A stretch of DNA of 64,000 nucleotides from a virus: the IMG/VR virus record IMGVR_UViG_3300025073_000026; one strand, 5' to 3'. A model generated the notes under the pieces. It was not told where the DNA came from, made no database searches, and was given only the letters and a program-made list of their open reading frames with translations. Shown one piece after another: positions 44,499-54,024 of the stretch. Each line of letters begins with the position of its first letter. Positions within the stretch are counted from its first letter, which is position 1. The translations under genes were made by a program, and so were the position numbers.

Positions 44499-44702
44499 GC
44501 CTGTAAGAGCAGCAAGTTTTTCCATCTTCGCCACTGATCCTGACAGAGGTGTAAAGCTAGACGAGCACTTTTCACATGTTTGCCCCGCTATTGCCGTACC
44601 GGCAATAGCTTCGCAGGATTCAGTTGAGGTTCTAACGATCATCTCTCCCTCTTAGGCTAATCCCTTGACCTGAGTTAACCGCAACAACATGGTTTTCAAG
44701 CC
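44499..44702 (-). ncRNA. omegaRNA scaffold of IsrB (guide predicted about 44703-44722)
   Basis: Begins GGCTTGA...TCAAG stem, GATTAGCC, GCTATTGCC-GGTAC-GGCAATAGC hairpin, TGCTCGTCTAGC, CAGTGGCGAAG; immediately upstream of the CDS. Confidence 0.7.
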
Positions 44703-44770
44703 AAACTCTGGGATGTGAAGTCTCCCCCAACACATCCGAAGGCACCTTACTCCATTTGCAGTCGATTTTC

Positions 44771-44798
44771 TGTTAGGAAAGGAAAAAATAGGGTAGTA
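44771..44798 (+). promoter_or_regulatory. representative phage promoter TGTTAG-N12-YRGRGTAGTA
   Basis: TGTTAG at 44771-44776 and TAGGGTAGTA at 44789-44798; the same spacing occurs at more than 20 sites in the window. Confidence 0.8.
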
Positions 44799-44843
44799 AG
44801 GGGTGTGGTAGGTAAGTTGTGTATCGTTGAAGGGGTATGAACA

Positions 44844-46529
44844 ATGGCAACAAAACTAGGACGTAAAGAGATGGTAGCCGGACATGGGCCTGAGGATTTC
44901 GAAGTTCAGGGTCGGGCTGCTAAGGACCAAGGTGACTTTGGCCCAGATGTCGGTGTGGCCGACTGTGCGTGTGTGAATCAGTTTGGCACTGTCGATGGGG
45001 ACAAAGCCAATAACGCGAAGTATTACAGTGGGGCTGTAGTCAAGAGTCGGAAAACAGGCCAGTGGTATGTCTACCTGGAGTGGGGACGTATCTTTGCCGG
45101 GAGGTCCTGGGAAGGTGGTTTTCACGGGCAGGACTACCAATTCGTCCAGTGCAACGGAGAGGCTGATGCACGGGACTTCTTTGCCGATCAGTTGAAGTCC
45201 AAGAACATCAAGCGTGTGGAGCAGAAGGTCATCGCTGGTGTGACAGTCTGGGCAGCCAAGGCTGGTAAGGATGGCTACCTTGTCCAGAGTCTGGCAACCA
45301 GAGAACGGGGCCTCCCCGACTGCTACAAGATCAAAGATTCCACGGGTATCGCCCCCAAGCCCGTGACACCTTTGGCAACTCCCAAGAGCAAGAAAGACGT
45401 TAAGACTCCGACTGTAGTAAAGCCTCTCCGCTCCTTCCAGCCTCAGGTGATCGCTCTGGCGCAGGCTCTGGTGGGCGGTGTGCGGACATACACCAAGGCT
45501 CTAGCAGCTGCTTCCGGGGTGTCACCCACCATGGATGCCATTACCAACGTTCGGGACAATCTGATCCCCGCTGCTCTCCAGCGGATCAAGATTGTGGGTA
45601 CGGACGTAGAAAAACAGATCAAGGACATCGACCTCAGAGACCTGTCGAAAATGGTCTCAGCCTTGGTTCCCCGTCCCATCCCGAGGACTGGCATGGACGA
45701 ACGGGAAGCCATCCTGAACACAGACAACATCCTGCGGCTTCAGCAGGATCTAGACACATTCGAGTCATCCCTGCAGGGTGAATCCTTTGACGTGGAGACC
45801 ACAGCTCCGTCTGTGGACCCTGATAGTATGCTCAGTGCACGCCTGACGTGGCTGGATATTAGCAGTGGGTTGGGTGAATGGGTAGCCCAAACCTACATGA
45901 GGATGTCCCGCAATAGGCACTCCAATGTGCGGAGTATGCGGGTCATCAATGTCTTCTCTGTGGAACGCCCTGATCGTGATAGCCGTTTCCTGGCAGCAAC
46001 GAACGCACTGGCAGCTAGCAGGAAAGGCCAGCAGCTGGGTGACATCCGACCGGAACTCCAGCCTTCCACCAGACCCGACATCACTGACATTGGGGCTCTT
46101 GCCCGGGAAGCTAACGTATTCCTTGGCATCCATGGGACACGTAGTGTCAATGTATCCCCCATCCTGTCAACTCATTTCAGAATGCCGAAGTCTCTTATTG
46201 GTGTTCAGATCCAGGGCGCCGCCTTCGGGTCGGGCGTATACGTAGCAGACGACAGAGGCAAGTCGGCACAGTATGTGGGGGCGTCCGCATCTGTTTACGG
46301 GTCAGGTGGTGGTATCCGTAATCGGGGCAATTTCATGTTCTTGTGCGATGTGGCGGGCGGTAAATTCTTCTATCCGACTCAAGCATGGGGGATTGGAGAT
46401 CGGTGCCCTAATGGTTGTGACACCGTCTATGCCCACCCGTCCAGATGCTACAGCCTCCAGAACAACGAGTATGTCTGTTTCCAGCCGGAGCGGATGCGTA
46501 TCCGCTATTTGGTTGAAGTAGCCCTGTAG
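44844..46529 (+). CDS. WGR-domain PARP-like ADP-ribosyltransferase
   Basis: WYVYLEWGRI (WGR), helical region, IHGTR, FGSGVYVAD, KSAQY, FLCDVAGG, QNNEYV. Confidence 0.88.
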   Translation: MATKLGRKEMVAGHGPEDFEVQGRAAKDQGDFGPDVGVADCACVNQFGTVDGDKANNAKYYSGAVVKSRKTGQWYVYLEWGRIFAGRSWEGGFHGQDYQFVQCNGEADARDFFADQLKSKNIKRVEQKVIAGVTVWAAKAGKDGYLVQSLATRERGLPDCYKIKDSTGIAPKPVTPLATPKSKKDVKTPTVVKPLRSFQPQVIALAQALVGGVRTYTKALAAASGVSPTMDAITNVRDNLIPAALQRIKIVGTDVEKQIKDIDLRDLSKMVSALVPRPIPRTGMDEREAILNTDNILRLQQDLDTFESSLQGESFDVETTAPSVDPDSMLSARLTWLDISSGLGEWVAQTYMRMSRNRHSNVRSMRVINVFSVERPDRDSRFLAATNALAASRKGQQLGDIRPELQPSTRPDITDIGALAREANVFLGIHGTRSVNVSPILSTHFRMPKSLIGVQIQGAAFGSGVYVADDRGKSAQYVGASASVYGSGGGIRNRGNFMFLCDVAGGKFFYPTQAWGIGDRCPNGCDTVYAHPSRCYSLQNNEYVCFQPERMRIRYLVEVAL

Positions 46530-46649
46530 GCCTGCACACGTTTAGGCTACTTTTCTTTGTTAGACTTTTGAAAATCAGGGTAGTAAGTAATGTAACAGTT
46601 CCCTTCCTTAGAGAAGGGTTGGATTGAAACTAAAAAGGAGGCGTGGCCA

Positions 46650-47486
46650 ATGACCACCAATTTTGTTCCCGTTGACGATGCAGCGAATGGTGCCCCAATC
46701 ATGAACAGTGCCGACTGGCAGTCAGCGATCAAGGATCTGCTGACCTTCTGGGTCGGACAGGGACGGTGCTTCTCCAGTGGGGAGGTCACGGCAGTCCTGA
46801 GGCTTCACCGTCCTGACCTGCGGTTCTCTACTCGTCGGGTCGGTGAGACTCTGAGGGATATGTTCTGGATGAACGCATTCCCGCAGTACACGGATGACGG
46901 AACCGGATTCGGCCCGGTCTCCCCGCTCCAGGCTTCCCGGTTCACGGTTGGGAAGTTCCCGGATCGGACCCCAGAGAACACGGAAGTCTTCGTGTATGGT
47001 CCCAACCAGAACGCTCTGGATTCGCACGAGTTCGAAATTTTCGTGCCCAAGCCTCCGATGGATGGCAAGCCGGGAGAGACCATGGACGATGCGCCGGATC
47101 CGGCAGTCACGACCCCTGCCAGCCAGACCGGGCCGGGATCGGTTCCCCACAACACGGGACTCACGGCTCTCCGGGCCAAGTTGGGTCGGGACAAGGTCAT
47201 CGCATCGGGTCTCAACGACGGGCGGCTCTACATCCCCCGTGCGGCCTTTGAGGCACTGTGTCACCTGAGTGGTACGGCACTTCGAGCGGGCGATCCGGTC
47301 TTCGTGCTGGCCGAACCCACCAAAGTCACGATCACGATGTTCGACACGAACAATGGAGGGATCCCCCGCCAGTTATTCACGGGCAAAGGTTCCCTCACGA
47401 TTCCGGGAACACTGCCCCCGTCGTCCCACTACCTGTGCAACGTAGACGCACAGAAGGTGGAGATCGATCTGACCGTAACCGTATAG
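46650..47486 (+). CDS. hypothetical protein with C-terminal AbrB-like domain
   Basis: DGRLYIPRAAF...LRAGDPVFV resembles the AbrB swapped hairpin; own promoter at 46558-46585. Confidence 0.55.
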   Translation: MTTNFVPVDDAANGAPIMNSADWQSAIKDLLTFWVGQGRCFSSGEVTAVLRLHRPDLRFSTRRVGETLRDMFWMNAFPQYTDDGTGFGPVSPLQASRFTVGKFPDRTPENTEVFVYGPNQNALDSHEFEIFVPKPPMDGKPGETMDDAPDPAVTTPASQTGPGSVPHNTGLTALRAKLGRDKVIASGLNDGRLYIPRAAFEALCHLSGTALRAGDPVFVLAEPTKVTITMFDTNNGGIPRQLFTGKGSLTIPGTLPPSSHYLCNVDAQKVEIDLTVTV

Positions 47487-47518
47487 AGGGGAACGTCTAC
47501 CATAGAAAGGGTGCTAGA

Positions 47519-48190
47519 ATGTCTTACTCGGGAAGTGGGGCGATCGTCCTCAAAAACTGGAAGCGAGATACCACCTGTGAGGATGTCTCCTTTGCGGGAT
47601 CCCCCAAACCCGCCTCTCAACCATGGTTTGACCGAACCGGACTCAAACTCGATGTCCTCATGGAATACTACAAGAAGTTTGGGCACGACCAAAATGCACT
47701 CGCTGACTGGCTCCTGATCCATCCCCACCATGCCATTATTGGGGAGAGGAACGGACTGTCCATCATCATGCACAAGAATGAACCATCCTTCTTGTGGAAA
47801 GGCAAAGAATTCAAAATCAAGCTGAAGCGGGGGATCCCCACGGAACGCCAAAAAGGCGGCTACACCTTTACTGTCTCTCATGTAGACGTTGCAAGTACCA
47901 GAGATGTTCTCTTCGCCATGGTGCTTTGCCCAGGTGGGGACGTCTACGTAGCGGTCTCAGGCTATGGCGTCGGAGACGGAGACATCGGGTTCCACAAGAA
48001 AGGTCGGACAATCCGTCGTAAAGGCCAATGGCACGACATGGTTTGGGATGTAAGTCATTCTGATGCCATCGAGAGCAATGAAGTTGTCGGGACTATCCCG
48101 GGGTATTACTACCCCACACCCAGAGAGTGGGAACAGTTGCTACGGTGGCAGAGAAAGTGTCTTGAACATCAGGCAATTTCAACCCTCTGA
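47519..48190 (+). CDS. hypothetical protein
   Basis: Start MSYSGS after AAGGG. Confidence 0.6.
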   Translation: MSYSGSGAIVLKNWKRDTTCEDVSFAGSPKPASQPWFDRTGLKLDVLMEYYKKFGHDQNALADWLLIHPHHAIIGERNGLSIIMHKNEPSFLWKGKEFKIKLKRGIPTERQKGGYTFTVSHVDVASTRDVLFAMVLCPGGDVYVAVSGYGVGDGDIGFHKKGRTIRRKGQWHDMVWDVSHSDAIESNEVVGTIPGYYYPTPREWEQLLRWQRKCLEHQAISTL

Positions 48191-48210
48191 ATTCCAGGAG
48201 TAACCTGACT

Positions 48211-49458
48211 TTGGGAACCAAACAGAGACCGTGGACTCCTACTGAGTGGGCCATCATAGTTGATGCACACAAAAATGGTATCGGCGGGAATGCTCTTTTT
48301 CACTCCGGACTGATCCCGGACAGATCAGAGATCAATATTCGTAACAGTCTGAACAGGTACAGTAGGTTGGCTAGGGGGCTTTGTTCGCATTGCTTGCAGC
48401 CCGTACTCAAAGAACCCCCAAAGGATCCCATCCCGGGGACGACTCTGACTTGTGGTGCCTGTAAGGCAGTAACGCGGGAATATCAACACAAGAGAATTCG
48501 TGCGGGTCACTGCGCCGCTTGTGGAAAAAAGCGAGACGCAGACGGAACTGCAACCTTGTGTTCGACGTGCAACACTCGCCACAAGACATATTTGTCATCC
48601 TACTTGAAGCTTAGACAACGAGTGGGCAAACCCCACCAGAAATCTGCCCAATATGTGTTTCCGTGGCCTGGTGCAATGTCCCGATACGCCATTGCGGAGG
48701 CTTGCAGTGGGCGAAAGGTATTTGATCTCTTTGGCGGGGCAGCCAAACTATCCTACCTTTGTCACCAAAAAGGGGCGGAAATTGTAGGCTGGAACGATAT
48801 CCACCCTGTCATTTACCAGTTCATGGAGCAGCTGAGGGACCGACCCGACATGCTCTTGGTCAACATCGAGAACCTCAGAGACGATCTTCAAGTTGGACTG
48901 CTAACCCCCCAGCAAATCATCAAGAGATACAGTACAGCCCGAGACAGTGGCCAGAGGAATTCTATCAACCCTGCATTACTCTTTTGGGCGAGTCGACTAG
49001 TGATGGGCTCCGCTTTGGTGAAGCCCGTTTTGCGAGAGATCCGAGGAAACACCTTCAAGGTTCCAACACATAATCTTCGGCGCATTCTGGCCCCCACCTC
49101 CAAGGCACTACAAGGTGTGCCTCTGCATTGTATGGATTTCGCTTCCGCTCTGGACAGGTATGGCGGAAAAGATGTTGTCATTGTGGCCGACCCCCCATGG
49201 CCTGGAGAGAGTCTCTTTGAGTACAGCATCGGGGATCGACATTGGGACCTTATAGCAGCCTTACTCCGAAAGAAAGCCGATTTCATCCTGACTCTACAGT
49301 CATCCAATAAGTCAAGGGAGCTCATAGATGAGTTCTGTCTGGGTGAGAAACGCCAGAGTAGGAAGACATACGTCTACAAGCACATGAACATCTATGGGCA
49401 TGAGCTGGTGATTTCAAGTTTCGAGATGAAGGCTGGGGTCAAGCCCCTTTGTCTGTGA
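48211..49458 (+). CDS. Dam-like (D12 class) DNA adenine methyltransferase with N-terminal HTH/zinc fingers
   Basis: FPWPGAMSR, DLFGGA, WNDI, DF..AL, VADPPW. Confidence 0.75.
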   Translation: MGTKQRPWTPTEWAIIVDAHKNGIGGNALFHSGLIPDRSEINIRNSLNRYSRLARGLCSHCLQPVLKEPPKDPIPGTTLTCGACKAVTREYQHKRIRAGHCAACGKKRDADGTATLCSTCNTRHKTYLSSYLKLRQRVGKPHQKSAQYVFPWPGAMSRYAIAEACSGRKVFDLFGGAAKLSYLCHQKGAEIVGWNDIHPVIYQFMEQLRDRPDMLLVNIENLRDDLQVGLLTPQQIIKRYSTARDSGQRNSINPALLFWASRLVMGSALVKPVLREIRGNTFKVPTHNLRRILAPTSKALQGVPLHCMDFASALDRYGGKDVVIVADPPWPGESLFEYSIGDRHWDLIAALLRKKADFILTLQSSNKSRELIDEFCLGEKRQSRKTYVYKHMNIYGHELVISSFEMKAGVKPLCL

Positions 49459-49471
49459 GGTAGGAGTAGCA

Positions 49472-50056
49472 ATGTCCAAACGTATTCTGACGATCTACTC
49501 TGACGGATTGGCTGAGCCTATGAACCCGGGTTTGGGTGCATGGGGGTGGCTCATTGAACAGGATGGCAAAACTCTGGTCTCCGAGTTCGACTGCACTAAG
49601 GATCAGCAGCCCATGACGAACAATGAGGCTGAGTACATAGCCCTAATCTCTGCTTTACAGCACGTCAAAGTGACAGTGGAGCCCTCAGAGATCGACAGGA
49701 TCGTAGTCAAAGGCGATAGCCAACTGGTCATTCGCCAAATGACAGGGGAGTATGCTGTAAAGGCGCCTAATCTGCATGTTCTATACGCCAAGGTATGCCA
49801 GATGGTCAACGACATTGGGATCCCTATCGAATTTGAATGGGTACCCCGGGAACAGAACGAAAAAGCGGATGCCCTTTCTCTGCTTGGGCTCAGGAAGGTA
49901 GAAGAGCAGGTCATAAGAGATACAACTTCCTGGAGTTGGAAGCGACACACAGCAACGCCTGCTCAGAGAAATTTCCTGAAGAATTTGGGTTTCGATTGCC
50001 CTGTGTGGTTGGGCAAACGTGCGGCATCAAAGAAGATCGACGAATTGAGGGGGTAA
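49472..50056 (+). CDS. rnhA: ribonuclease HI
   Basis: IYSDG...NPG.GAWG, TNNEAEY.AL, GDSQLVIRQ, WVPREQNEKADALS. Confidence 0.9.
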   Translation: MSKRILTIYSDGLAEPMNPGLGAWGWLIEQDGKTLVSEFDCTKDQQPMTNNEAEYIALISALQHVKVTVEPSEIDRIVVKGDSQLVIRQMTGEYAVKAPNLHVLYAKVCQMVNDIGIPIEFEWVPREQNEKADALSLLGLRKVEEQVIRDTTSWSWKRHTATPAQRNFLKNLGFDCPVWLGKRAASKKIDELRG

Positions 50057-50060
50057 ACCG

Positions 50061-50345
50061 ATGTTCTCAAAGAAAATTATGGCCAAAAAGGTGAAGGCGG
50101 GCACTTGGATTGAAGTCCGATGGGATGATGTCCCACCCGAAATGTGCCTTGTGATTGACAAGCCTGATTTCCGGGGGAAGGGTGACATTGATGTCCGGGT
50201 TTACTTCCCAAATCAGGGCACAACGGGTAGAGTGACTCACGGGCAGATCATTGGTATCAGCGACGAACCCCTGATGTTGCCTGGCGACTCCACCTTTTGG
50301 GACTCCAAAGGAGTCAATAGGAAGTGCCCTGAGGAGACCAGATAG
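50061..50345 (+). CDS. hypothetical protein
   Basis: GAGGGG RBS. Confidence 0.55.
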   Translation: MFSKKIMAKKVKAGTWIEVRWDDVPPEMCLVIDKPDFRGKGDIDVRVYFPNQGTTGRVTHGQIIGISDEPLMLPGDSTFWDSKGVNRKCPEETR

Positions 50346-50485
50346 TCCAGGGAGCCATGGGTAAGAGATTGGGGGCGGCAAGCTGCAGCCCGTATAGGGG
50401 GAACGAAAACCATGCCTACAGTCAAGCGACTTGTTAAGGATTGTGTTGCTGACCCTGCCCAATATTTCCACAACCGGAGTGCCAA

Positions 50486-50911
50486 ATGACTGATTCGGAA
50501 GAGCGCATCAAACAGATTGAAGCAGATCTTGACGTAGCCCACAAACGGAATAGCGATTTGAGAATGTTACTCACAGAAACCGATCTCAAGGCTGACCGCT
50601 ATCTGACTGCTTTAGGGAACATTGCAAAGCATTCCCATATAGGTCCAGCCGTTTGGAGTATAGCAACCGTGGCTTTGGGCCTTGGTGCGGACTCACAGGG
50701 TACTACTGACAAAGTAGTCAACGAGGACGATGCACTAGCTAGGGCTTACCGTAAATTGGCTGATGTCTCCGAAGAACTTGGGGTGGTCACAAAGAAGGCC
50801 GAGCATTACAGGGCCACACTCCGGGCTATCGCCCGAAGCGCATCCCACTGTAACGATGATGATGCGGATCTGGCTAGAAGGGTTCTAACCTCTTGGAAGG
50901 AATTGGAGTAG
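50486..50911 (+). CDS. coiled-coil hypothetical protein
   Basis: GGAGTG RBS; internal helical duplication. Confidence 0.6.
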   Translation: MTDSEERIKQIEADLDVAHKRNSDLRMLLTETDLKADRYLTALGNIAKHSHIGPAVWSIATVALGLGADSQGTTDKVVNEDDALARAYRKLADVSEELGVVTKKAEHYRATLRAIARSASHCNDDDADLARRVLTSWKELE

Positions 50912-50917
50912 GAGCCT

Positions 50918-51130
50918 ATGCCCACAATCAAACGCCTTGTGGTCGAGTTGATGGGAGAACGATGCTGCACCAAACCTCTCTACACGATGTTCTTACGGTA
51001 CAAACCTGAACGGTTAGAACTAACTTGCGTCCATTGTGGTGCAGTCGTCGTATCTGACATTGCTTATCTAGACCTTGCCCACAAGTATCTCACTAAGGAG
51101 ATATCCAAAGATGCCAAAGAAACTGCCTAG
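50918..51130 (+). CDS. zinc-ribbon hypothetical protein
   Basis: AGGAG RBS; CC...CVHCG. Confidence 0.55.
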   Translation: MPTIKRLVVELMGERCCTKPLYTMFLRYKPERLELTCVHCGAVVVSDIAYLDLAHKYLTKEISKDAKETA

Positions 51131-51899
51131 GATACCCATAGAGGGGGCGGAAAACCTTGCCAAGCAGTACGGATGCGATCAGGTCATAATCTTGGGCTGG
51201 TGGGCCAAAACCGGGTCAACCTGTGTGGCTACCTATGGCAAAAGTCTGGCTGACTGTGACCAAGCTGCTCAAGGTGGCAACTGGCTCAAGACGCATCTTT
51301 TGAAGTGGCCTGAATGCGAGGCACTCGCAGAACCCAATCGGGTCAAGACGCTAAAGAAGCGGATCAAAGAACTGGAGGCATACGTCGAATCCATACAGGA
51401 TGCCATACAACCGGCGATAGAAAACAGGAAGCGACCGGGAGAGGAACTGGTCAAGGAATTTGATGCGTTGCTGGATGGTCACCCCGACGCAAAACCGTCT
51501 CCTGATGTATGCCACTCTTCTAATCCCACCTCTGTCGGGACCCCTATTGACTCACCGTACCCTGAAGTCCTGACATATTCGATGATGGAGTGCCTAGCAT
51601 ACGACAGGCACCAATACAAGTGGATTCCAGTGTGTAAGGCGCTACCCGCCTTGGAGACACTCGTATCAGTTATCAGATCAGAGTGCCTCTATCCCATGGA
51701 CGCATTCCTGAAAGTCGATGAGACTAAGACACCCTTCTTTGTGGTGCCTTCCGAACCTGACGACAAGCGCACCTTGGCACAACGGCGGATTGGCGAGGTA
51801 ACCCACTGGATCTGGCCCCCGATTCTCACCCCACAGTATCTACCGGAAGACCCCGAGTGGAATCTAGGTCCTGATGGTTGGATTCGTAAGGGAAAGTAA
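51111..51899 (+). CDS. hypothetical protein (DUF551-like C-terminus)
   Basis: AAGGAG RBS before MPKKLP; WIPVCKALP...VTHWI. Confidence 0.6.
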   Translation: MPKKLPRIPIEGAENLAKQYGCDQVIILGWWAKTGSTCVATYGKSLADCDQAAQGGNWLKTHLLKWPECEALAEPNRVKTLKKRIKELEAYVESIQDAIQPAIENRKRPGEELVKEFDALLDGHPDAKPSPDVCHSSNPTSVGTPIDSPYPEVLTYSMMECLAYDRHQYKWIPVCKALPALETLVSVIRSECLYPMDAFLKVDETKTPFFVVPSEPDDKRTLAQRRIGEVTHWIWPPILTPQYLPEDPEWNLGPDGWIRKGK

Positions 51900-51981
51900 A
51901 GACCCCAAGCGCTTACGCTTTTCCACCACACTCGAAACTTGTGATCTAGTGGCTTTTCCGTCTCATAGAGACCGTTGCAAC

Positions 51982-52773
51982 CTAGGATGCCGGATAGAGT
52001 ATCAAAGGATTCTCATCCCATTCAGGGCCACGAGTCTTCTCCCACACCTGTCTCACGTCTAGAATAATAGCGTCTTCCTTCCCTTCCACAAAAGAGCAGG
52101 GCTTAGCCAAGTTTCCTAACCACTTCTGCTCTGCAATCGACCACAACACCACCATTTTGTATGCTGTTCCCAATAGTGGGATTAGGTCTGCACTTGTGGT
52201 CAGGCTATTCAGGGTGATTCCTACTCCACTACCAACTTCAAAGCACGCTTCTCGTGGGCCTTTCTCCTTCAGCCGTACCCACCCCTTGTAGGACAGGCCC
52301 CACAGAGCAGTATCCCGTGGGTGTTTCGGCCGGAGGGGAAGCCCATCAGTTCCAGGAGAAAACCAATGAGTGACCTCAAACGTCTCCAGTGTGTCGAGCC
52401 CTCTATATTTTGACGATCCCGCTTGGGGTACCACAAAATAGGGATTGTCCATATTGCCAGCGGAGAAGTTAAGCCATCCATAAGCAGGGCAAGGGTCCCC
52501 TCGAAGTAGAACGAGAATTGAGACGTTCTCCGGTGGCAGCGCCTCGGTGACTGGAATCCAATTCCCACAATAAGTTGCAGATAGGCGTCCCAACAGAACG
52601 GGCTTTGGTCGGGGCCTTTCCTTGACACTCTCAGGCTCGTGCAACATGAAGGCAAGGGCTTCTACAATCTCCCAAAGGGATTTGTCCTTTTCAGCCCACT
52701 CTAGGTACTGATGCAGGACTTTCCGAGCTCTTTCCCGATCCCACAGGCCGAATACCAAGTCCTTGTCTATCAT
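51982..52773 (-). CDS. hypothetical protein (DUF551-like)
   Basis: WIPVTEALPPE...VTHW. Confidence 0.6.
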   Translation of the reverse strand: MIDKDLVFGLWDRERARKVLHQYLEWAEKDKSLWEIVEALAFMLHEPESVKERPRPKPVLLGRLSATYCGNWIPVTEALPPENVSILVLLRGDPCPAYGWLNFSAGNMDNPYFVVPQAGSSKYRGLDTLETFEVTHWFSPGTDGLPLRPKHPRDTALWGLSYKGWVRLKEKGPREACFEVGSGVGITLNSLTTSADLIPLLGTAYKMVVLWSIAEQKWLGNLAKPCSFVEGKEDAIILDVRQVWEKTRGPEWDENPLILYPAS

Positions 52774-52988
52774 TTCTCGTTGCCTATCTTGTATCTACCT
52801 TCCATGCCCCAAGACCCGCAATGCCCAGTGCCCAGTGCCTTTAGGAACCAGCCTTCAAAGGGCGGGTCAAGAAGGATACTCGCGAAACAAGCCAAAACTG
52901 CCCCAAGTACTCCGATAAACCAACCGATCTGTGACGCCGTTATTTTCATACTTGCACCTCCACACCCTACTACTCTACCGTTGCACAT
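52770..52988 (-). CDS. small membrane protein (start likely MKITAS)
   Basis: TM helix; promoter at 52968-52995. Confidence 0.5.
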   Translation of the reverse strand: MCNGRVVGCGGASMKITASQIGWFIGVLGAVLACFASILLDPPFEGWFLKALGTGHCGSWGMEGRYKIGNEK

Positions 52989-53032
52989 CCTAACAGGAAT
53001 TCCTTGTTAGATTTTCTACCAGCAGGGTAGTA
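52968..53032. promoter_or_regulatory. back-to-back pair of TGTTAG-N17-TAGTA promoters
   Basis: Minus: 52968-52995; plus: 53005-53032. Confidence 0.75.
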
Positions 53033-53060
53033 TAGACGTGACAACGGGAGGCTTTGACGA

Positions 53061-53366
53061 ATGAAGACAGAAACCTTACGCCCGGCGAGTGTGAAGATCG
53101 AAACCCTGTGGGAGGAGAAGTCGGAGAGGGGTCATTACTCTGATCTCTCTGGGTGTTACCAATCGAACTGGACTCGCCTGAAGGTGGAAATCCACCTGGA
53201 TACATCTTATGCTTTCCAGTCTAGCGCGCACGTCTACCTTTGGGACGAAACCAAGTGGACACATGTGGCTGAGATCCTCGCCATGAATGTCAAGACACTG
53301 GAACAGGCGAAGCAGGTTCTTGTAGAACGGGCTGCCCTGGTGCTGGACATGGATTTCTCCTGTTAG
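53061..53366 (+). CDS. hypothetical protein
   Basis: GGAGG RBS; promoter upstream. Confidence 0.6.
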   Translation: MKTETLRPASVKIETLWEEKSERGHYSDLSGCYQSNWTRLKVEIHLDTSYAFQSSAHVYLWDETKWTHVAEILAMNVKTLEQAKQVLVERAALVLDMDFSC

Positions 53367-53414
53367 GAATTTCAGAGTCCGGGTAGTACTAGCGTGATAA
53401 CACGGGGTGATACG

Positions 53415-53777
53415 ATGGAAACCACGATCAGAGAATTTGCCGATGCCCTGCAGGAGAAGGCACACGAACACTACATCCGGCAATTCGGACAGGAGAATGC
53501 CGATAACATCCATGCACGATCTTGGAAGGTCAATGTCCGTTCGGGTCGGAAGTACACCAAGGTTGACCTTGGGGACTCTGGTAAGTTCATGGTCGACAAC
53601 AGCACAGGCTACGTGTACTACATCAAGGGATACGGAGTAGTAGACATCCGCAAATGCTTTGGCAAGGTACAGGACATTCTTGCTGCCGGGTTCCGGTTCG
53701 ACGGGTACAGCATAGTCCCTCTGTCCCTCCCGGCGCACATGGGTGCCCGCTTCGGCTTTGCTGGGCGGATTGCATAG
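53415..53777 (+). CDS. hypothetical protein
   Basis: GRKYTKVD..DSGKFMVD..TG.VY.IKGYG; promoter at 53361-53388. Confidence 0.65.
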   Translation: METTIREFADALQEKAHEHYIRQFGQENADNIHARSWKVNVRSGRKYTKVDLGDSGKFMVDNSTGYVYYIKGYGVVDIRKCFGKVQDILAAGFRFDGYSIVPLSLPAHMGARFGFAGRIA

Positions 53778-53784
53778 AGAGGAT

Positions 53785-54024
53785 ATGATGGCTGCCTACA
53801 ACTTGGGGATCAAAGAGGATCGGCTTTTACTCCGTAAGGAGAGGCAGGCTGAGTTAGACGCCATCAACTCCGGGCTGTGGCCTCGGGATGAAAATGACAG
53901 GATGCGATGGATTGGTTACCCCACTGGCGCAACTTTGAAAGAATGCCTGGTATATGCCGCCCAAATGTGCCGAGCAGATTTACATTACCTCGACTACTTG
54001 GATCATCAGAAGGACAAAGCATGA
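53785..54024 (+). CDS. hypothetical protein
   Basis: GAGG RBS; ATGA coupling. Confidence 0.5.
   Translation: MMAAYNLGIKEDRLLLRKERQAELDAINSGLWPRDENDRMRWIGYPTGATLKECLVYAAQMCRADLHYLDYLDHQKDKA

Noticed and set aside
43455-44642. 395-aa IscB/Cas9-like protein as given in the track
   Set aside because: The first 48 codons are omegaRNA sequence; there is no HNH domain, so it is IsrB starting at 44498
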